Origin: an uncultured Methanosarcinales archaeon
GTDB lineage: Archaea > Nanobdellota > Nanobdellia > Woesearchaeales > DSVV01
DNA: 64,000 nucleotides
Direction of reading: 5' to 3'
NCBI GenBank assembly: GCA_964593285.1
Contig: CAZQHZ010000006.1
Coordinates: forward strand, 1-64,000
Position numbers and translations under genes: made by a program. The notes below the pieces were generated by a model. It saw nothing but the letters and a program-made list of their open reading frames with translations, was not told the DNA's origin and did not search any database. Shown here piece by piece: positions 32,728 to 45,425 of the stretch; positions within the stretch are counted from its first letter, which is position 1; the number at the start of each line of letters is the position of its first letter.

Positions 32728-34785
32728 ATGATTATAAAATCTATCAAATTAAATAACATAAGGTCATATAAAGATGAAATATTTAATTTTCCAAAAGGGA
32801 GTGTTTTATTAAGTGGTGACATTGGATGTGGAAAATCAACAGTATTACTATCAATTGAATTTGCATTATTTGGAGTTAAACGAGGAAACTTTTCTGCAAC
32901 AACCCTGCTTAGACATGGAGAAAAAGAAGGATATGTAGAACTAACTTTTGAAATTGATAATCATAAGTACATCATTAGAAGAATACTAAAAAAAGCTTCA
33001 AAAGGAGTAAAACAAGAACAAGGTTTTATAATAATAAATGATGTCAGACATGATTTAACAACTGAAGAACTAAAAGCAAAAATATTAGATATATTAGGAT
33101 ATCCAAAAAGCTTGTTAAAAAAAGGAAAAGATTATGTTTATAGATTTACAGTATATACACCACAAGAAGAAATGAAAGCAATTTTATTTGAAAAACCAGA
33201 TGATAGATTAAATATTTTAAGAAAAATTTTTGGAATTGATAAATATAAATCAATTAAAGAAAATGCTTTAATTTACATATATGAATTAAAAAGTAAAAAA
33301 AGAGAATATGAAGGAAAAACTTTTGGTTTAAATGAAAAAATTAAAATTTTAAATGACAAAAAAAATGAACAAAAAGAAATTTTTAACAATTTAACAACTA
33401 AAAAAAAATTATGGGAAGAACAAAAAAATATATTAGAAAATAAACAAAAAAATCTAGATGAATTAAATGAAAAAATTAATAATCTTAACAAAATTAATAA
33501 TTCAATAAGTATTATTGATACAAAATTGATGAACTTTTTTTTACTTAGAAAAAACAATTTAAGAAAAATTGATGACATCAATAATCAAATAAATATACTA
33601 GAAAAAGATATCAATAAAGACATCAAAGATATCAATTATTCTAAATTAATTAATGAAAAAGAATCATTATTAGAAAAAAATTTAACTACATTAAATGAAA
33701 TAAATGAAAAAATATCTTATAATAATGCATATATCTCAAATTCAAATAAAATAATTAGTCAAATTAAAAATCTAGATAAATGTCCAACCTGCAAACAAGA
33801 TGTAAATTTAAATCATAAAAATAATGTTTCAAGTGAAGAATTAAAAAAAATTTCTGAATTTAATGAAAAAATTAAAATTTTAAAAGAAAATAAAACTAAA
33901 ACGCAAGTTGTAATTGAAAATTTAAAAGAAAATATAAAAAAATTAAACAACGATTTCTTTGAATCAAAAAGTTTAATTGAAAAAAAAAAGAATATTAATA
34001 ATAAAAAAAATGAAATAGAAAACCTAAAAACTGAATTAATTGAAATAAAAAAAAATATAGGTTTATTAAATTTAGAAAAACAAAATAAAAAAAAACAAAT
34101 TCAAGGCAAGGATAAATTTGAAAAACAAATTAATGAATTAAAAACCAAAATTGATGATATTTCAAAAATTGAAAGAAAATTAGGAAACGAATATTATTCT
34201 TTAAATGCTATATATTTAGAAAATAAAAAGACAATCATGCTCTATGAAAAAGAAATAGAACAAAAATTAAATTTTAAAAATACAATTGAAAAAATAAATA
34301 ATTTAATTAACTGGTTAGAAAAATTTTTTATTAAAGTCTGTTCATTAATTGAAAAAAAAGTTATGGGACAAATATATAATGAATTTAATTATTTATTTGT
34401 TGACTGGTTTAATATTTTAATTGAAGATGAAAATATAATGGTTCGATTAGATGATAGTTTTTCTCCAATTATTGAACAAAATGGTTTTGAAATTGAAATC
34501 AATAATTTATCTGGTGGTGAAAAAACCGCTCTTGCACTAGCATATAGATTATCATTAAATAAAGTGATTAATGATTTTATAACAAATATTAAAACTAAAG
34601 ATTTATTAATTCTTGATGAACCAACAGATGGCTTTTCAAATCTACAATTAGATAATGTAAAAAAAGTAATTGAGCAATTAAATATAAAACAAAACATAAT
34701 TGTTAGCCATGAATCAAAAATGGAAAGTTTTGTTGAAAATATAATTTATATCTTAAAAAATAATTCTATTAGTAAAATAATTTAA
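32728..34785 (+). CDS. Rad50/SbcC-like SMC-family ATPase with zinc hook
   Basis: NIRSY, GDIGCGKS, central CPTC, LSGGEK, LILDEPT; start 32728 preferred over 32689. Confidence 0.9.
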   Translation: MIIKSIKLNNIRSYKDEIFNFPKGSVLLSGDIGCGKSTVLLSIEFALFGVKRGNFSATTLLRHGEKEGYVELTFEIDNHKYIIRRILKKASKGVKQEQGFIIINDVRHDLTTEELKAKILDILGYPKSLLKKGKDYVYRFTVYTPQEEMKAILFEKPDDRLNILRKIFGIDKYKSIKENALIYIYELKSKKREYEGKTFGLNEKIKILNDKKNEQKEIFNNLTTKKKLWEEQKNILENKQKNLDELNEKINNLNKINNSISIIDTKLMNFFLLRKNNLRKIDDINNQINILEKDINKDIKDINYSKLINEKESLLEKNLTTLNEINEKISYNNAYISNSNKIISQIKNLDKCPTCKQDVNLNHKNNVSSEELKKISEFNEKIKILKENKTKTQVVIENLKENIKKLNNDFFESKSLIEKKKNINNKKNEIENLKTELIEIKKNIGLLNLEKQNKKKQIQGKDKFEKQINELKTKIDDISKIERKLGNEYYSLNAIYLENKKTIMLYEKEIEQKLNFKNTIEKINNLINWLEKFFIKVCSLIEKKVMGQIYNEFNYLFVDWFNILIEDENIMVRLDDSFSPIIEQNGFEIEINNLSGGEKTALALAYRLSLNKVINDFITNIKTKDLLILDEPTDGFSNLQLDNVKKVIEQLNIKQNIIVSHESKMESFVENIIYILKNNSISKII

Positions 34786-34874
34786 TATTGTTTTTTGTCG
34801 ACGAGAAAAAAATAATTTAACAAATATCTTAAAAAAAATTTAATTTTTACACAAATAAATTAAACAAAAAATAA

Positions 34875-34890
34875 TCGAAACATTTATATA
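34875..34890 (+). promoter_or_regulatory. archaeal BRE-TATA promoter of the histone H1-like gene
   Basis: CGAAAca followed by TTTATATA about 36 nt before the ATG; SD GAGGTGA at 34914-34920. Confidence 0.6.
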
Positions 34891-34925
34891 GTATTTAAAT
34901 CAAAATGAAGCTAGAGGTGATTTTC

Positions 34926-35282
34926 ATGGCAACTAAAAAAAAAACTGTGAAAAAAGCAGTGAAAAAAGCGGTGAAGAAAGTTGCAGCAAAAAAAAAGGCT
35001 GTAAAAAAAGCTGTTAAGAAAGCTGTAAAAAAAGTTGCAGTTAAAAAAAAAACTGTTAAAAAGGCAGTAAGAAAACCTGCTAAAAAAGCTGTAGCTAAAA
35101 AAAAGACTGTGAAAAAAGCAGTGAAAAGGCCAGTTAAAAAAACTGTAGCAAAAAAAAAAATTGTGAAAAAAGCAGTGAAAAGACCAGTTAAAAAAGCTGT
35201 AGCTAAAAAGAAAACTGTGAAAAAGGCAGTTAAAAAACCTGCTAAAAAAGTAACAAAAAAACCGGTTAAAAAAAGAAGATAA
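34926..35282 (+). CDS. histone H1-like (Hc2/AlgP-type) Lys/Ala/Val repeat protein
   Basis: Repeated KKTVKKAVK(R/K)P(V/A)KK units; no acidic residues from this start; strong SD. Confidence 0.85.
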   Translation: MATKKKTVKKAVKKAVKKVAAKKKAVKKAVKKAVKKVAVKKKTVKKAVRKPAKKAVAKKKTVKKAVKRPVKKTVAKKKIVKKAVKRPVKKAVAKKKTVKKAVKKPAKKVTKKPVKKRR

Positions 35283-35283
35283 A

Positions 35284-36285
35284 TTATTTTTTTTCTTTTT
35301 TTATCAATTTTATTATTTTATCAATATTTTTATCTTTTAATAACGAAACTTCTAATATCAAATTTTCTTTAAATAAATCCTTAACATCATTAATTTGTTT
35401 TATACTGCACAAATCAATTTTATTTAATATCAAAATAATTTTTTTATCTGTTAATTTTAAAACTCTATTAAATAATTTTATCTGTTCATCTACACTATAC
35501 CCACAATATTCACTTACATCAATTAGAAAAAATATAATATCACAACCTTTTTCAATAACAGTTATTGCATTTTTTTCAATATAATTCATTTTTGTTTTAT
35601 CTCTATTAAAAGTTCCAGGAACATCTACAAGTTGAATTTTATCATCTTCTAAAATTAAATAACCAACATTTATATTTGTAGTTGTAAATGAATAATTTGA
35701 AATTTTAACATTACAGTTTGTTAATTTATTCAAAAGAGTAGATTTTCCAACATTTGGATAACCACAAATTACAATTGTAAATAAATCTTCTTTTAGATCA
35801 GGAAGCTTTTTTAAAACATGTCTATATTTTTCTAATAATTTTAGATCTTTTGAAATTTTATTCATAATTGATGAACTTCGAGCATAAAAACTATTTCGTT
35901 GCTTAGTAATTAATAAAGTATCTTCCATATTTTTAATACTTTTTACATAAAAATTTTCCAACTCCTTTATTTTAACAAAAGATTTCTTTATTTTAGACAA
36001 ACTTATCTTAAATTGATTTAAATCCAAATTATGACTTATTAATTCAACATAAACTTCTGGTAATTCTATTATTTTTGGAAAACTAGAATAAATTTTGTTT
36101 AATCTTTTAACCATTATTTTTGAAGCATAATTTAACCGTGTAATTTCTGCATTTTTTGTTCTAATAACCCTATTTTTATTTTTAGATTCCATCCAAATTA
36201 ATTCACCTTCTTTTTTAGCTGTACTAAAAGCTAAATCTAATATGTTTTCTGCACTTTCTATAGGTTTAATGTTTTGAAAATTCAT
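35284..36285 (-). CDS. NOG1-family GTPase
   Basis: Helical N-domain, GYPNVGKS, YSFTT, DVPG, NKID. Confidence 0.9.
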   Translation of the reverse strand: MNFQNIKPIESAENILDLAFSTAKKEGELIWMESKNKNRVIRTKNAEITRLNYASKIMVKRLNKIYSSFPKIIELPEVYVELISHNLDLNQFKISLSKIKKSFVKIKELENFYVKSIKNMEDTLLITKQRNSFYARSSSIMNKISKDLKLLEKYRHVLKKLPDLKEDLFTIVICGYPNVGKSTLLNKLTNCNVKISNYSFTTTNINVGYLILEDDKIQLVDVPGTFNRDKTKMNYIEKNAITVIEKGCDIIFFLIDVSEYCGYSVDEQIKLFNRVLKLTDKKIILILNKIDLCSIKQINDVKDLFKENLILEVSLLKDKNIDKIIKLIKKEKK

Positions 36286-36329
36286 TTTTACTAAGTTATA
36301 TTGAATAATTTATAAATTTTCTTAAATAA

Positions 36330-36480
<151 letters not shown>

Positions 36481-36521
36481 AAGATTATTTTAAAATAATT
36501 AAACCTACATTAAAAAATATA

Positions 36522-37577
36522 TCATAAGAATTGAACTAAGGTATCTATTTCATCATAAGTTGGATATTGTTCAACAACTGCAATTTTAAATTTTTCTTGT
36601 TTTAATAAATTTTTATAATCATACATATCTTTTGGTGAAATAATAATTCTGTTTTTTGATTTTTGTTCAACAAATTCAATTTTATTATTAATTAAAAAAT
36701 TTATTATTTTTTGTTTTCTACCATAAATAACTGCCCTTAAAAGTAATCCTTCATCTGTAACATGATCAAATTTTGTTTTGATATTTTTTGCTCGCAATTT
36801 TATTCTATTTTTCATCTGAATAAAATCTTTTAATTTAGGTGTACAAAAATGGACATCTAATTTTTTTGTTTGACAATATTTTAAAATTTTTTGTGCAGTT
36901 TCATAGCTTCCAATAATTGCTAAAGATTCTTTCTTTCTAATTTTTAAATTTCTTTTATTAAAATTAACAAAATTTGTCTCAGCACTTTCCAATTCATTCA
37001 AATTTAAAAAATCAATTTTTTTTTCAAAAAAATCAACAAGAAATTTAATTTTTTCAAAATATGTTGGAATAACAGGAATTTCAATACCAATCTTCCAAGA
37101 AAAAAATCTTGCATTTTCTATTTTTTCCCACAACAAATTATCATCTAAATCTGCATGAAATCTAATTTCATCAACTCCAGCAGCATAAATTTTTTTTAAA
37201 TTTTCTTTTGATGCTAAATCAAAAGAAGTATATAAATGGATGTGGAATGTATTTGAAAATTCTTTTTTTAGTAATTTAACTATTTTTACAGTTCTATTAA
37301 TTTTAGATAAAGGATCGCCCCCTGTAATTCCAGCACCCATTGCATTTGTCAATTTTGCTTCAGTAATTATATCTTTAAATTTTTTAATTGGAACTTCATT
37401 TGCATAAATTACATCTTTATTTTTTTTCTTTTCAGACAAAGGACAATACCAGCAATTTTTAGGACATATTCCAGTAACAAACAAAACCAATTTTCGACCA
37501 AAAATGCATTGATTGCATCCTTTTGCTAATTTTCCAATTTTTTGTGAATAATATTTTGTTTTAACAATTTTTTTCAT
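36522..37577 (-). CDS. archaeal radical SAM protein, function unknown
   Basis: CPKNCWYCP, GITGGDPL, DEIRFH, FLNLNELE. Confidence 0.88.
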   Translation of the reverse strand: MKKIVKTKYYSQKIGKLAKGCNQCIFGRKLVLFVTGICPKNCWYCPLSEKKKNKDVIYANEVPIKKFKDIITEAKLTNAMGAGITGGDPLSKINRTVKIVKLLKKEFSNTFHIHLYTSFDLASKENLKKIYAAGVDEIRFHADLDDNLLWEKIENARFFSWKIGIEIPVIPTYFEKIKFLVDFFEKKIDFLNLNELESAETNFVNFNKRNLKIRKKESLAIIGSYETAQKILKYCQTKKLDVHFCTPKLKDFIQMKNRIKLRAKNIKTKFDHVTDEGLLLRAVIYGRKQKIINFLINNKIEFVEQKSKNRIIISPKDMYDYKNLLKQEKFKIAVVEQYPTYDEIDTLVQFL

Positions 37578-37663
37578 TATTATATAAATAAAATTACTAT
37601 TTATAATATTTTTTAATTTTAAATCGATTATTTTAAATATTTTAAAATTATTTAATAAGTAGA

Positions 37664-38374
<711 letters not shown>

Positions 38375-38376
38375 AA

Positions 38377-38925
38377 ATGGAATGTGAATATTGTAAAATA
38401 ATAAAAAAAGAAAAAGAAGCATTAATTATTTATGAAGATGAATTATTTATGGCATTTTTATCAGAAGATACAATTATTGGTCATACAATAATTATTCCAA
38501 AAAACCATTACATTATTTTAGAAATGGTTAAAGAAGACAATTTAAAAAAAATAGGTGGTATTATAAATAAAATATCTTTATCAATTATTGAAAGCATAAA
38601 TGCCCTTGGAATGAATGTTATTATAAATAATGGAACTAGTGCAAAACAAAAAATACCTCATTTTTCTATTGAATTAATCCCAAGAAAAGAAAATGATAAT
38701 GTTAATTTCTTTTGGAATCCAAAACAAATAAGTCAGGAAGAAATTAATGAAATTCATCCAAAATTAAAAGAATTAATTATTAATTCTAATAATTTAAATG
38801 ATGAAACAATTAATAATTTAAATAATAATAATAATAATAATAATAATACCAAAATAAATAATCAAAAAAATAAAAAAACAGAAGAAGAAAACTACCTTAT
38901 TAAAAGTTTAAATAGAATTCCCTAA
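38377..38925 (+). CDS. HIT-family protein with degenerate triad and poly-Asn tail
   Basis: CEYC, GHTIIIPKNH, PHFSIELIPR; (AAT)9 at 38821-38847. Confidence 0.88.
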   Translation: MECEYCKIIKKEKEALIIYEDELFMAFLSEDTIIGHTIIIPKNHYIILEMVKEDNLKKIGGIINKISLSIIESINALGMNVIINNGTSAKQKIPHFSIELIPRKENDNVNFFWNPKQISQEEINEIHPKLKELIINSNNLNDETINNLNNNNNNNNNTKINNQKNKKTEEENYLIKSLNRIP

Positions 38926-39193
38926 TTAATTATTTTTTAAAATTTTTTTTGCCTAACTCTTAATTTCTTTTTTGACGAATTAAATTAATCATTTTTTGGT
39001 ATTAGTAATATCATAATAATAATTTTATAACTATTTTATCCATTTTAAAAAGATTCAAATTTAATTTGATATTTGGTTATATTTATTTAGCTTAATTTTT
39101 TTACAATTGTATTTTTAAACAAAACATTAATTTTATACTAAAAAATTTCAAATAATAAAAAAAATTAGAAAAAATCTTATAAATAACATAAAA

Positions 39194-39349
39194 TTATTTT
39201 AAATCTGATAAATATCTAAATGTTTCATTTTTTTGTACTTGTTTTAATTCTAAACATTTAGTACAATAAAATAACCAATATTTTGTATTATCAGTGTCAA
39301 TTCCAGCATCAAAATACCTAAATTCATGTTTACAAATTTCCATTACCAT
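39194..39349 (-). CDS. 51-aa zinc-ribbon-like small protein (not in ORF track)
   Basis: MVMEICKHEFRYFDAGIDTDNTKYWLFYCTKCLELKQVQKNETFRYLSDLK*; CxH...CxxC. Confidence 0.7.
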   Translation of the reverse strand: MVMEICKHEFRYFDAGIDTDNTKYWLFYCTKCLELKQVQKNETFRYLSDLK

Positions 39350-39463
39350 TTGTAAAAATAACTAATATACAAAATTTATTATATACAATATTTATTACCT
39401 TATAAAGCCATTTTAATAAATTTAAAACCTTTTTACTACATAAATTACTAGAATAAATAAAAA

Positions 39464-39549
39464 TGCGGGGGAAGGGATTTGAACCCTCGAACCCACTAAG
39501 AGACAGGATCTTAAGTCCTGCGCATTTGACCAGACTTTGCTACCCCCGC
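39464..39549 (-). tRNA. tRNA-Leu(TAA)
   Basis: GCGGGGG/CCCCCGC acceptor stem, CAGGA-CT-TAA-GA-TCCTG anticodon arm, long variable arm, TTCAAAT T-loop; CCA not encoded. Confidence 0.96.
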
Positions 39550-39708
39550 ATAATTTAAAGTTATTTTCTATTAAGAAAAATAAATTATTTATAAATTTAA
39601 CTATAGATTTAGCCTTGTCTGAATAAAAAAACAAAAAATCCATAAAAATGATTATTATTAAAATAATTTATAAAAAAATTTTTAAATAATAGAATAGAGC
39701 TTTTTAAA

Positions 39709-41031
39709 ATGTTAAAATACCTATTAAAAACCTTTAAAGGTGGAATTTATCCAAAAGAAAAAAAGATTGGAAAAGACATACAATTACAAAAATTAAAAAT
39801 ACCACCAAAAATAACAATTCCACTAAAACAACACATTGGAAAAGAATGTAAACCAACTGTAAAAATAAATGATTCTATAAAAAAATATCAACTAATTGCA
39901 GCACTTAATGATAATGAACTTCACTCTAATATTCATTCTTCAACATCTGGAATTGTAACAAATATAACACAAAAAGAATTTCCAATATATGGCACAATTA
40001 ACTGTATAGAAATTAAAACAGATGGAAAAGATGAAAGTCTCAAATTAAATAAAATTAACCAAAAGAATTTAACATTAACTAAATTTATAAAAATAATAAA
40101 GGATGCAGGAATAGTTGGTCTTGGTGGTGCAGGATTTCCAACTCATAAAAAATTTGATACTAAAGATAAAAAAATTGAAACCATAATTATAAATGGATGT
40201 GAATGTGAACCCTTCATTTGCAGTGATCACAGAATTATGTTAGAATATTCAAATGAACTAATAAAATGCTTAAAATTATTAATAAAAATAACAAAAGCAA
40301 AAAATACAATCATTGGAATAGAAGATAATAAAACAAATGCAATTAACAAATTAAATAAAATAATTACTAAAGAAAATTTAAAAAATAAAATAAAAATCAA
40401 AAAATTAAAAACAAAATATCCACAAGGAGCAGAAAAAATGCTCATTTATTCTACAACAAAAAAAATAATACTAGAAAACGAGTTACCAATCAATAAAGGA
40501 ATTATTATCATAAATGTTTCAACACTAAAAGCCATTTATGATGCAATTTTTGAATCTAAACCTTTAATTGAAAGAGTAGTTAGCATAACAGGGGATATAG
40601 ATAATCCAAAAAATTATATTGTAAAAATTGGAACACCAATTGATTATTTAATTAAACAAAGTAATAATAAAATTAATAACCAACAGATCTTAATGGGTGG
40701 GCCAATGATGGGTATTTTAACAAATGAAATTAATCCAATAATTAAATTAAATAATGGGATTACCATTTTAAATAAAAGAGAAACAGAAAATGAAGAAAAA
40801 TGTATGAAATGTGGAAAATGTATTACTGTATGTCCTTTAAATTTAGTTCCATCAAAAATTGCTTTATTTTCAAAAAAAGAAATGTATGAAAATGCAAAAA
40901 ATCTTTTTGCATTAAATTGCTTTGAATGTGGATCTTGTACTTATATATGCCCATCAAAAATTCATTTACTAAAACATATAAAATCTGCAAAAAATGAAAT
41001 TTTAAAAAAAAACAAAATAACTAACAAATAA
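39709..41031 (+). CDS. rnfC: Rnf complex subunit C
   Basis: PLKQHIG, GLGGAGFPT, NGCECEP, YPQGAEK, GGPMMG and two CxxCxxCxxxCP motifs. Confidence 0.96.
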   Translation: MLKYLLKTFKGGIYPKEKKIGKDIQLQKLKIPPKITIPLKQHIGKECKPTVKINDSIKKYQLIAALNDNELHSNIHSSTSGIVTNITQKEFPIYGTINCIEIKTDGKDESLKLNKINQKNLTLTKFIKIIKDAGIVGLGGAGFPTHKKFDTKDKKIETIIINGCECEPFICSDHRIMLEYSNELIKCLKLLIKITKAKNTIIGIEDNKTNAINKLNKIITKENLKNKIKIKKLKTKYPQGAEKMLIYSTTKKIILENELPINKGIIIINVSTLKAIYDAIFESKPLIERVVSITGDIDNPKNYIVKIGTPIDYLIKQSNNKINNQQILMGGPMMGILTNEINPIIKLNNGITILNKRETENEEKCMKCGKCITVCPLNLVPSKIALFSKKEMYENAKNLFALNCFECGSCTYICPSKIHLLKHIKSAKNEILKKNKITNK

Positions 41032-41034
41032 AAA

Positions 41035-42011
41035 ATGGAAAAAGAAAATAATTTACAATCACCATTTATTAGATCAAAATACACAAAGCAAAAAATAATG
41101 CTTTATGTTTTTTTATCGTTAATTCCATCAAGCTTATTTGGAATTTATATTTTTGGAAAAAACGCAGCTTTAATTATAATAATTAGTTTAATTACTGCAA
41201 TTATTACAGATAATTTAATGCAAAAAATAACTAATGAAAAAATTGGAAAAGTAAATTATTCATCACTTTTAACAGGATTGATTTTTGCATTAATAATACC
41301 TCCAACTGTCCCATTATGGATTCCTGTAATAGGTGTAATAATATCGATTATTTTAGGTAAATACATTTTTGGAATTGCAAGCAACATATTCAACCCTGCA
41401 TTAGTTGGAAGAGTTTTTTTAGTAATATCATTTCCCGTATTTATGACTGCATTTATTGCACCAATAAATACATTAGATTCAAATAATTTATCAATAACAA
41501 ATGAAATTGATACAGTAACTTCTGCAACACCTCTATCGTATACAAAACAATTGAGCAATGAAGAGCTAATGAACAAATATTCAATTAAAGACCTTTTTTT
41601 TGGTTTTAGTGAAGGTTGTATTGGAGAAACATCTGCATTTTTATTAATTATTGCAGGAATCATATTAATTTTCTTAAAAATAATTGATTGGAGAATACCT
41701 GTTTTTTATATAGGTTCATTTACTTTTTTTTTATTAATATTTAATGAAAATATTTTATTTCATTTATTTAGTGGTGGATTAATATTTGGTGCAATTTTTA
41801 TGGCAACAGATTATGTAACTAGCCCCATAACTAAAAATGGAAAAATTATATTTGCAATATCTTTAGGATTACTAACTTTTTTATTTAGGATATATTCATC
41901 AATACCCGAAGGGGTTATGTATTCGATATTATTTATGAATTTATTAGTCCCTTTAATTGAAAAATACACAATGCCAAAACCTTTTGGATATGTAAAATCA
42001 AAATCAAAAAA

Positions 42012-42033
<22 letters not shown>
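41035..42033 (+). CDS. rnfD: Rnf complex subunit D
   Basis: NIFNPALVGR, flavinylation site TSATPL, GCIGETS, FMATDYVTSP. Confidence 0.96.
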
Positions 42034-42592
<559 letters not shown>

Positions 42593-42610
42593 TAAATGAA
42601 AAATTAAAAA

Positions 42611-43219
42611 ATGTTAAATAAAATAAAAAAACTAATAAATGAAATAATTAAAAAAAACCCAGTATTTGTTTTAATGCTTGGTCTGTGTCCAACACTTGCG
42701 GTAACAACATCTATTGAAAATGCTATTGGAATGGGTATTTCAACTTTTTTTGTTTTATTAATGTCTGGAAGCATTATCTCAATAATAAAAAAATTTATTC
42801 CACCAAATATAAGAATACCATGCATTATTTTAATAATTGCAACATTTGTAACAATTATTAGTTTATTACTCCAAGCATTTTTTCCAATAATATTTGAAAA
42901 TCTTGGAATTTATATTCCATTAATAGTTGTTAATTGCATCGTACTTGGAAGAGCATTATCTATATCATATAGATCAAATTTAAAAAAATCATTAGAAGAT
43001 AGTTTTATCATAGGAACTGGTTTTTTAATAGCACTAATATTAATTGGTTTTATTAGAGAAATAATTGGAAATGGAAAAATAGTTTTTTTAAATAAAACAT
43101 TAATAAATATACCTTTTGATGGATTATTTATAATGATACTTCCTGCTGGTGCATTATTAACAATTGGTTTTTTACTTGCATTTTTTAATTATTTAAAATT
43201 TAGAAAAACAAAAATATAA
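42611..43219 (+). CDS. rnfE: Rnf complex subunit E
   Basis: LGLCPTLAVT, RIP, IPLIVVNC, REIIG. Confidence 0.96.
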   Translation: MLNKIKKLINEIIKKNPVFVLMLGLCPTLAVTTSIENAIGMGISTFFVLLMSGSIISIIKKFIPPNIRIPCIILIIATFVTIISLLLQAFFPIIFENLGIYIPLIVVNCIVLGRALSISYRSNLKKSLEDSFIIGTGFLIALILIGFIREIIGNGKIVFLNKTLINIPFDGLFIMILPAGALLTIGFLLAFFNYLKFRKTKI

Positions 43220-43245
43220 AAAAATAAAAATTAATAATATTAAAA

Positions 43246-43821
43246 ATGGATAATATATACACTTTACTAATAAGTTCAATTTTTGTAAATAATGTAGTAT
43301 TAATTATGTTTCTTGGAATATGTCCTTTCATTGGTGTTTCAAAAAAAACATCTCCTGCATTTTATATGGGCATTGCTGTAACATTAATTATGGTTTGTAG
43401 CTCATTTTTAACTTGGATAATCTATAAAAAAATACTTGAAAAACTAAATCTTGAATACATGTGGATTGTTATATTTATATTTATAATTGCATTAATGGTT
43501 CAAGGGATTGAAATTTTTATTAAAAAAAAAAGCATTTCATTATATCAAAAATTAGGAATATATCTTCCACTAATAACTACAAACTGTGCAATACTTGGGA
43601 TTGCTTTTTTAAATATCACAAATGAATTTTCACTACTTTATGCAGTAATAAACGGATTTGGTGCAGGGATTGGTTTTATGATTGCATTAATTATGATGTC
43701 ATCAATTAGAGAAAAATTAGAACTTGGAAATGTTCCAGAAATATTTAAAGGAGTCCCTATTGCATTTATAACTGCTGCTATAATGTCATTAGCATTTTTT
43801 GGATTTAAAGCCTTTCTTTAA
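43246..43821 (+). CDS. rnfA: Rnf complex subunit A
   Basis: FLGICPFIGVSKK, LGIYLPLITTNCAILG, IREKL. Confidence 0.96.
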   Translation: MDNIYTLLISSIFVNNVVLIMFLGICPFIGVSKKTSPAFYMGIAVTLIMVCSSFLTWIIYKKILEKLNLEYMWIVIFIFIIALMVQGIEIFIKKKSISLYQKLGIYLPLITTNCAILGIAFLNITNEFSLLYAVINGFGAGIGFMIALIMMSSIREKLELGNVPEIFKGVPIAFITAAIMSLAFFGFKAFL

Positions 43822-43917
43822 AATTAAAAATTTAAATAGATACATATAAATTATAATAAATATAAGAAAATAAAAAAATAAGATAATATTTTTTACAGAA
43901 AAATTAAGCTGATAAAC

Positions 43918-45063
<1,146 letters not shown>

Positions 45064-45165
45064 AAAATAATTTAATTTTATATGTATTTTACATATTTTT
45101 AAATTAATAATTAAAAAATTATTTTACAAAAAATATATATATACTCTTTTTATCTTAAATAAATA

Positions 45166-45420
45166 ATGGAAATAAATTTAGAGCTTCAAAAAATAATTTC
45201 AATAATTGAAAAAAATAAATATAAAAAAATATGTATTCAACTCCCTGATGGCTTAAAACCAAAATCTAAAATGATACATGATTATTTAAAAAAAGAAACA
45301 AATGCAGAAATTTTTATATGGGGTGGCTCTTGTTTTGGTGGCTGTGATATACCAAATATACCAAAATTTTTAAAAATTGATTTGTTTATACAATTTGGAC
45401 ATACAAAATTTATTAAATAA
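45166..45420 (+). CDS. stand-alone Dph2 N-terminal domain (diphthamide synthesis family)
   Basis: IQLPDGLK, GSCFGGCD, QFGH; only 84 aa. Confidence 0.85.
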   Translation: MEINLELQKIISIIEKNKYKKICIQLPDGLKPKSKMIHDYLKKETNAEIFIWGGSCFGGCDIPNIPKFLKIDLFIQFGHTKFIK

Positions 45421-45425
45421 CAAAA

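Noticed and set aside
39422..39643. 73-aa ORF
   Set aside because: Runs through tRNA-Leu on the same strand.
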